A DNA stretch of 64,000 nucleotides, from NCBI RefSeq assembly GCF_009914755.1, contig NC_060944.1; one strand, 5' to 3'. Source of the stretch: the human T2T-CHM13v2.0 reference genome, Homo sapiens. Position numbers and translations under genes: made by a program. Positions 54,130 through 64,000 of this stretch are shown here, one piece after another. Position 1 is the stretch's first letter. The number at the start of each line of letters is the position of its first letter. The notes under the pieces are model-generated. The model did no database searches. It had not been told where the DNA came from and saw nothing but the letters and a program-made list of their open reading frames with translations.

Positions 54130-56490
54130 ACCAGAGCAATTGGGCAAGAGAAAGAAGTAAAGGGGATCCAAATTGGAAGGGAAGAAGTCAAGTTAGCCTT
54201 GTTCACAAACAACATGATCTTATACCTAAAATAACCCAAAGATTTCACCAAAAAACCATTAGAACTGATAAACAAATTTGGTAAATTTGCAGGATACAAA
54301 ATCAACATCCAAAAGTCAGTAGCACTTATATATGTCAATAGCGAACAATCTGTTAAAAAAAAATCAAGAAAGCAATCGCATTTATAATAGCTACAAAGAA
54401 CATTAAATACCTAGGAATCAATCTAACCAAAGAAGTGAAAGGTCTATACAAGGAAAACTATAAAACCCCAATGAAAAAAATAGAAAAGGACATACAAAAA
54501 AGTGAAAAGATATTCCATCCTCATGGATTGAAAGAATTAATAGTATTGAAATGACAATACTATCCAAAGCAATTTACAGATTCAATGCAATCACTATCAG
54601 AAATACCAATGACATTCACAGAAATAGAAAAAAAAATCCTAAAATTTATATAGAACCACAAAAGACTCTGTATTGCCAAAGCAATCCTAAGCAAAAAGAA
54701 CAAAGTTGGAGGCATCACACTACAAACTTCAAAATATATTACAAAGCTATAGTAACCCAAACAGCATGGCACTGGCATAAAAACAGACAAATATACCAAT
54801 AGAACAGAATAGAGGACCCAGATATAAATCCACACATTCATATCCAATTCATCTTTGACAAAGGTACAAAGAACGTACAATGGAAAAAGGATAGTCTTTT
54901 CAACAAATGCTGCTGGAAAAACTGGATAAACTATATGCAGAAGAATGAAACTAAGCCCCTATCACTCAGCATACACAAAAATCAAATCAAAATGGATTAA
55001 GATTTGAATGTAACACCTGAAATTATGAAACTACTAAAAGAGAACATTTGGAAAATGCTCCAAGACATTGGTCTCGGGCAAGCAAAGATTTTTTTGTGTA
55101 AGACCTCACAAGTACAAACAACAAAAGCAAGTGAAAATAGACAGATGGGATTACTTCAAGCTAAACAGCAAAGGAAACAACAAAATGAAGAGACAACTCA
55201 CAGAATGGCAGGAAATATTTGCAAACTACCCATTTGACAAGGGATTCATAATCAGAATATATAAGAAGCTCAAACAACAGCAAAAACAAAACAAAACAAA
55301 ATACAATCTGATTTTTAAATGGGCAAAAGATTGGAATAGACATTTCTCAAAAGAAGCCATACAAATGGCTAACAGGTATATGAAAAAATGTTCAACATCA
55401 CTAATCACCAGAGAAATGCAAATCAAAACCACAGTGCAGTATCATTTAACCCCAGTTAAAATGGCTGTGTCAAAAGAAACAAAGAGTAACAGATGCTGGT
55501 AAGGATGTGGAGAAAGGGGAACCCTCCGTCTTACACTGCTGATGGGAATGTCAACTGGTATAGCCCCTATGGGGGACAGTATAAAGCTTCCTCAAAAACC
55601 TAAAAATAAAACTACCAAGTGATCCAGCAATTCCACTACTGTGTATATATTCAAAGGAAAGAAAATCAATATACCAAAGCGACATCTATGCTCCCATGTT
55701 TATTGCAGCACTATTCACGATAGCCAAGACATGGAAGCAACTGAAGTGCTCATCAACAGATGAATAAAGAGAAAGTAGTACACACACACGATGGAATATT
55801 ATTCAGCCATTAAAAAAAAAAAAGCCAGGAGCGATGGCTCACACTTGGGAGGCAGAGGCAGGATAATCTCTTGGCGCAAGAGTTCAAGACCAGCCTGGAC
55901 AACATAGGGAGACCCCATCTCTACTATATTAAAAAAAAAAAAAAAAAGCCAGGCATGATGGTGTGTGCCTGTAGTACCAGCTACTCTGGAGGCTGAGGGG
56001 AGGATTGCTTAAACCTGGGAGTTCAAGGCTGCAATGAGCCGTGATTGCACCACTGCACTCCAGCCTAGGCAGCAGATCGAGAAAAAAAAAAAGAAAGAAA
56101 GAAAGAAAGAAAGAAAGAAAATATCCTGTCACTTGCAGCAACATGGATGGAACTGGAGGTTGTTCTGTAAAGTGAAATAAGCTAGGCACAGAAAGACACA
56201 TATCACACATTCTCACTCATACATGGGAGCTAAAAACGCGGCTCTCATGGAGAGAGAGTAGAATGTTGGTTACCAGAGGCTGGAAGGGGAGCAGGGAGGG
56301 AGGAATAAAGGGGAAAAAAAGAATATAAATGTATTTATAACCACTGAACTGCATACTTAAATATGGTAAAGAGGTACTGACCATTTTTGATATGGGTTAA
56401 TAAAAAGGAATAAGAGCAAAAAATTTAAAAAATGATAAAGAGAGCAAATTACATAGGTATATTTTACCTCAATAAAAAGAAAAAAGAAAA
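54130..56490 (+). mobile_element. 5'-truncated L1MA element (ORF2 3' part and 3' UTR) with Alu 55812-56120
   Basis: ORF fragments LSKAIYRFNAI and [34 protein letters not shown]; AATAAA plus A tail; TSD aaaaattgaaaaactgg / aaaacttgaaaaattgg. Confidence 0.92.
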
Positions 56491-57029
56491 AAAACTTGAA
56501 AAATTGGCTTCAAATCAGGATCCAAACAAGCTTCACTCATTGCATTTGGTGGCTGTGTCTCTGCAGACTCCTTCAATCTACAAATTCCTCCTCTTTTTTC
56601 CTCCTTGTAGCTTTTATTTTCCCCAAGAAACTGAGCCATGTGCCATCTAGAGTTCCCCGCATTCCAGGCCTTGTGTGGCATCTCTGCAGGGTCTTTCCAC
56701 AGGATCCTCTGTCTGACCTCGTTGGCTGGTAGATCTAGAGGCCCCCTTTCCCACGCTGGGGTGTGCAGGTGAGCTACCTCACAGGTGGCAGGCGCTCCCT
56801 CAGCATCAAGATGGGAGACAGCGAGCCTGCTGGCTTCTCTTTTCCTGAGCCTGGAGAAAGGTTTCAGGTGTCTCACCTGGCCATCATTTTAGGGCTTCCC
56901 ATCAGGTTTCTGCCTGAGGGCTTTCGCAGATATTGACCACCATTGCTGGGATCCATTTCTTCTTCAGTATCCATTATCTATCTATCATTCCTACTGAATT
57001 TATTAGCTAGAATTCTTTCTAAAGTGAGT

Positions 57030-57217
57030 TGACTCAGTTTTTCTGTAAAGGGCTAGATAGTAAATATTTTAGGCCTGATGAACCACATATAGTCTGTCGA
57101 ATCTTTTTCTTTTTTTATTGCTCTTTAAAAATGTGAAAATCTTCCTAGACAGTAGGCATTACAAAGACAGGCTGCAAACCAGATTTGGTCCATGGGCCAT
57201 AGTTTGCCAACTTCCAT
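57030..57217 (+). mobile_element. MER58 non-autonomous hAT transposon
   Basis: tttttctgtaaagggctagatagtaaatattttaggc...ccagatttggtccatgggccatagtttgccaac. Confidence 0.85.
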
Positions 57218-57334
57218 TCTAAAAAGAAGAGAACTTTTCCTCATCCACTATCTGGTTGCCTTAAAGTATTGTATAACTTGGACAAGAGAGGTGGGATTCT
57301 TTTCTTTTAGTTCTCAACTTCAGAACGATGGTTT

Positions 57335-58470
<1,136 letters not shown>

Positions 58471-58636
58471 GTTCTGCCCGGCCACGGTGCTCCCAGCCAC
58501 TGGTGAGGGATTTGCTCTGCTATCCACTCTGGTAGCAGCTTCACGGTTCAGGGACAGCTTCATTCAGATGTTCCCCAACTGATGCTACAAATTCATCTTC
58601 AAGTGGGCAAAGCTTCTCAGAAATGTAGTGATTTTT

Positions 58637-59371
<735 letters not shown>

Positions 59372-59695
59372 CTATTATAGACAGCATATGGGTGGGGTCT
59401 TGCTTTTTCATCCAGTATGACTGTCTCTGTCTTTTGAGGTATCTAGTCTATTCACATTTAATAAAATTCCAGATATGGTTGGATTTATGCTGCCACTTTG
59501 CTATTTGTTTTATATTTATCTCCTGTCTCTTCTGGTCTGCTTTACTGCCTTATTTTATGTTAAATGTGTTTTCATGAACTACATGGATTTATCTGTTGAT
59601 TTTCTTTCTTACTATTTTTTTTGAGTTTTTTCATTAGTGATTGCTCTAGGGATTACAATGCACATCTTAATTCAGCACAGTCTGTCAAATTTGGT

Positions 59696-59993
<298 letters not shown>

Positions 59994-60028
59994 AAAGTTA
60001 CTTAATTTCAGTAAAATATAGAAACCTC

Positions 60029-60346
60029 GGCCAGGTGCGGTGACTCAGGCCTGTAATCTCAGAACTTTGGGAGGCCGAGGTGGGCGGATCACCTGAGGTC
60101 AGGAGTTTGAGACTAGCCTGGCCAACATGGTGAAACACTATCTCTACTAAAAATACAAAAATTAGCCGGGCATGGTGGCGGGTGCCTATAATCCCAGCTA
60201 CTGGGAAGGCTGAGGCAGGAGAATCACTTGAATGATGGTTCAAGCGAACGGCGGAGGTTGCAGTGAGCCAAGATCATGCCACTTCATTCCAGCTTGGGCA
60301 AAAGAGTAAAACTCTGTCTAAAAAAAAACCAAAAAAACAAAAAAAA
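60029..60346 (+). mobile_element. AluSx with small internal inverted insertion
   Basis: Alu dimer; abnormal segment at 60233-60249. Confidence 0.93.
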
Positions 60347-61114
60347 CCGCTCGCTCCAATTTGTATTTGTCTCACTCCAACTGTACAGTATTATGATGAT
60401 GCTTTATTTAATATTACGTATTTTTTAAAAGGCAAGAGAAGAACTAGAGTCTCTTTAGTCTCTTTACAGACTTTAATATTTACCATTTCTGATATTCTTC
60501 ATCTCTTGTGAATTGAAGTTACTATCTAGAGTAACTTTCAGCTTGAAGAATTTCCTTTAGTGTTTCTTGTAAGGCAGGTCATTAGCAACAAATGCTTTCA
60601 GTTTTTATCTGGGAATGTATTTATTTTACCTTTATTTTGATATTGCTGGATATAAAATTCTTGGTTGACAGTTTGCTTTATTCAAACATTTGGAATATGT
60701 CCTTCCACTACCTTTAGCTTCCATTTTTTTTCTGATGAGCAGTCAAGTCATTAATCACATTTCCCTTGTTGCTTTCAAGAATAAGAAAATACACAGGCCA
60801 AAATATCACAGATTTACACTGTTCTTACTTAAAGTTTAGTAATTTTAATTAATAAATGCTTCTCCGTTTGCTGTATGCCTTTGGTCTATTATTTCCAGAG
60901 GCCTGCAATGGTTATTTTTGACAGTTTTGTCCAGTATCATTGTGGCATTTAAGGGGCAAGATTTGTTGACCTCACTCCGTTGTCATGTCAGACATGAGAA
61001 AATGGTTTGTTGGGTTTTTTTTTTTTTTCAGATGAAATGAGAGGTCACTGAGATGTATTAAGCGGAGAAGGGAAATAATCTGTTTGTGTTTTAAAAGACT
61101 GCTTTAGACACTCA

Positions 61115-61605
61115 TATTAGTTAATTATTGCTGCACAAAAAATTACCCCAAATTGATTTACTTACAACAACACACATTTATTATGTCATAGTTTCTGTAG
61201 GAATTTTGCAAGCAGTTTAGCTGGATGGTTCTGACTCAGGGTCTCTCATGAAGTTGCAAGTGGTATGTCAGCTGGGACTTGACTGAAAGTGGAGAATCCA
61301 CCTCCAAGCCCACTTACTTAGCTGCTGTAGGAGCCCTCAGTTCCTCACTATGGGTTTCTCCATGGGCCTGTTCACAGTGTGGCATCTGGCCTCCTCCAAA
61401 GTGAGTGATCTGAGAGAGTGTGGCCAAAATGGAAGTCCCAGTGTCTTCTTATGACCTAGTCCATGAAGTCCCCCACTGTCACTGCCTTATTCATTAGAAG
61501 TGAATCACTAAGTTCAGCTCACACACAAGAGGAAAGACATTAAGCTCCGCCTCTTGAAGAGAGGAGTATAAAAAAAGTTGTGGATACATTTTGTAAACCA
61601 TCACA
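61115..61605 (-). mobile_element. MLT1F-like MaLR LTR inserted in an L2 fragment
   Basis: tattagtt..tattgctgc..aaattacccc...cagtttagctggatggttctgactcagggtctctcatgaagttgca...ctccgcctcttgaagagaggag. Confidence 0.75.
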
Positions 61606-61876
61606 CTGCTGTTTGGAGAATGGACTGTAATAGAGAACAGAAAGATGAGTCAGATCAGTCTGTGGCTACTGCAGCCACCCAGGTGAGAGCTGGTAAGAGC
61701 CTGAACTAAGACAGTGGCATAACGATGGAGACAAGTGAATAGATTTGAAGTAGATTTTGCACGTGGATCTGATGCAGAATTTGCCTTGGGTTGAATAGGA
61801 ATCATGGGGGAACAGAAGTTACAAATGATTTCCAGGTGTCTGGTATTTGTAACTAAGGACGTGGTGGCCCCATGTC

Positions 61877-61988
61877 CTCTCTCTCTCCCTTACTCTCTCT
61901 CTCTCTGGCCTGCCCTTTCTTTCTCCCTCTCTCTCTCTCTCTGGTCTGGCCTCTCTCTCTCTCCCCTTACTGTCTCTCTCTCTCCTTT
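61877..61988. repeat. Imperfect (CT)n tract
   Basis: Direct reading. Confidence 0.9.
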
Positions 61989-62287
61989 TGATGTCTGCAC
62001 TCCAGCCATTTTCTTTACTGTCATTTCTTATTTTCTCCACTGTACCCTATTCTCTTTGTCCTCCAGATTGAAGTCACAAGTCTCAGCTTAAACATAATTT
62101 CCCTGGAAAGGACTTCTTGACCTCTTTCTGAGGTCGCTGCATTTTTTAAAAAAAATTGTTAGAGATAGCTTCTCTTTTCTCCTTTTTTGCCGTTAGCACC
62201 AGATGAATTGTGTCTCTGATTCAGCTATATCCCAGCACCTGACACCTAGTAGGCACTCAGTAAGTATTTCCTCAATGGATTAAGTGA

Positions 62288-62680
<393 letters not shown>

Positions 62681-62731
62681 TAAATGACTTTAGGAGTATT
62701 TAAGCAATGCAAGCTAATCTGGACAATCTAG

Positions 62732-63102
<371 letters not shown>

Positions 63103-63489
63103 GACCCAATTACTTTTAAATCATTGTGACTTATAGGCTGAATGTAATGGTTTCATTACGGGTTGTTAATCCATTTAACAATAAATGGATTAACCAACCT
63201 GTTGGTTGAAGGAGAAGTGAGCTGAATAATCCCCAATTCCGTAGGCACAATTAGTTATACATACATTAATTGGTCCGCTTTCAATTCTGGCACTATTTTT
63301 TAAAAAATCTAAGAGGAGAGGTAGGAGGAGTTTAACAGCCATCTATTCTTTCCAACATTTTGAGAAAGCAAGTGAAAATGAACCCTGAAACAAGCCAACA
63401 GCAGGGGCACTCATTAACTTAATACACTTTAATCTTGTGAATAGAAGCTGGAGCTGGATCCTTTGAATCGGAGCTGCAGACTTCCACCT

Positions 63490-63890
63490 CCAACCACCTG
63501 CAGGACATCTCCGCATGGGTGTTCTGTTGGCACCTCTAACTCAGCACAACCCAATGAACTCATTATCATCCCATGCAGAAACCTGCCCTCCTCCTGGGTT
63601 CCCTGTCTCAGCCATGGGCCATCCCCAGGCACACAAGCTGGGGGTCACAGCAGCATCTTCCCTGCCCCTGTTCCTGGCCCCCATCTCCCACCCCCAAGGC
63701 TGTTGTATCCTCTGGACTTGACCCCAACTTCACAGCAGTTAGCCACAGCTCCTTCTCAGCAACCCCCTCCATTAATGCTCACGGAAGCTTCTTAATTTAC
63801 ATTCTCACCTTCTCACTTCCTTCTGTAAGGCCCCCTCAGCTAGGAGAAATGCCTTTGAAAATTCAGATATGTCCTTTCACCCGCTCAGAG
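63490..63890 (+). mobile_element. L2 fragment
   Basis: ggacatctccgcatgggtgttctgttggcacctctaactcagcacaacccaatgaactcattatc. Confidence 0.65.
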
Positions 63891-64000
63891 CAAGAAAAAA
63901 AAAATCCAAACGTTTCATCTTCCTCATAATGATGCATACTTGCTGAGCACCTACCATGTGCAAGCTCTCTGCTCAGTGCTTGGCATACCTCATTACATTC

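Overview
Primate genomic DNA (human or close relative, since AluY-type elements are present). It looks intergenic or deep-intronic: I see no convincing host protein-coding exon, RNA gene, CpG island or CRISPR array. The window is dominated by interspersed repeats. By eye there are about 60 Alu elements or fragments, long decayed L1 segments, L2/MIR, MaLR/ERVL LTRs, an ERVL-like gag-pro-pol remnant and six DNA transposons (Hsmar1, Cheshire-like hAT, Tigger3b, MER30, MER58, MER63). The most informative structure is a near full-length Hsmar1 mariner (~32455-34758). Its 5' UTR carries an antisense processed copy of the microprotein gene SMIM30 (LINC00998/MAVI1), with a TSD and an L1-endonuclease site. 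A 1-nt deletion leaves that copy with an open 76-aa ORF and a new C-terminus. Also notable are a local ~500-bp inverted duplication (50515-51006 / 52920-53424), a pre-miRNA-sized hairpin at 8033-8088 in repeat-poor DNA, and several small fold-back or palindromic scars. Repeat subfamily names come from remembered consensus sequences, and boundaries are approximate.
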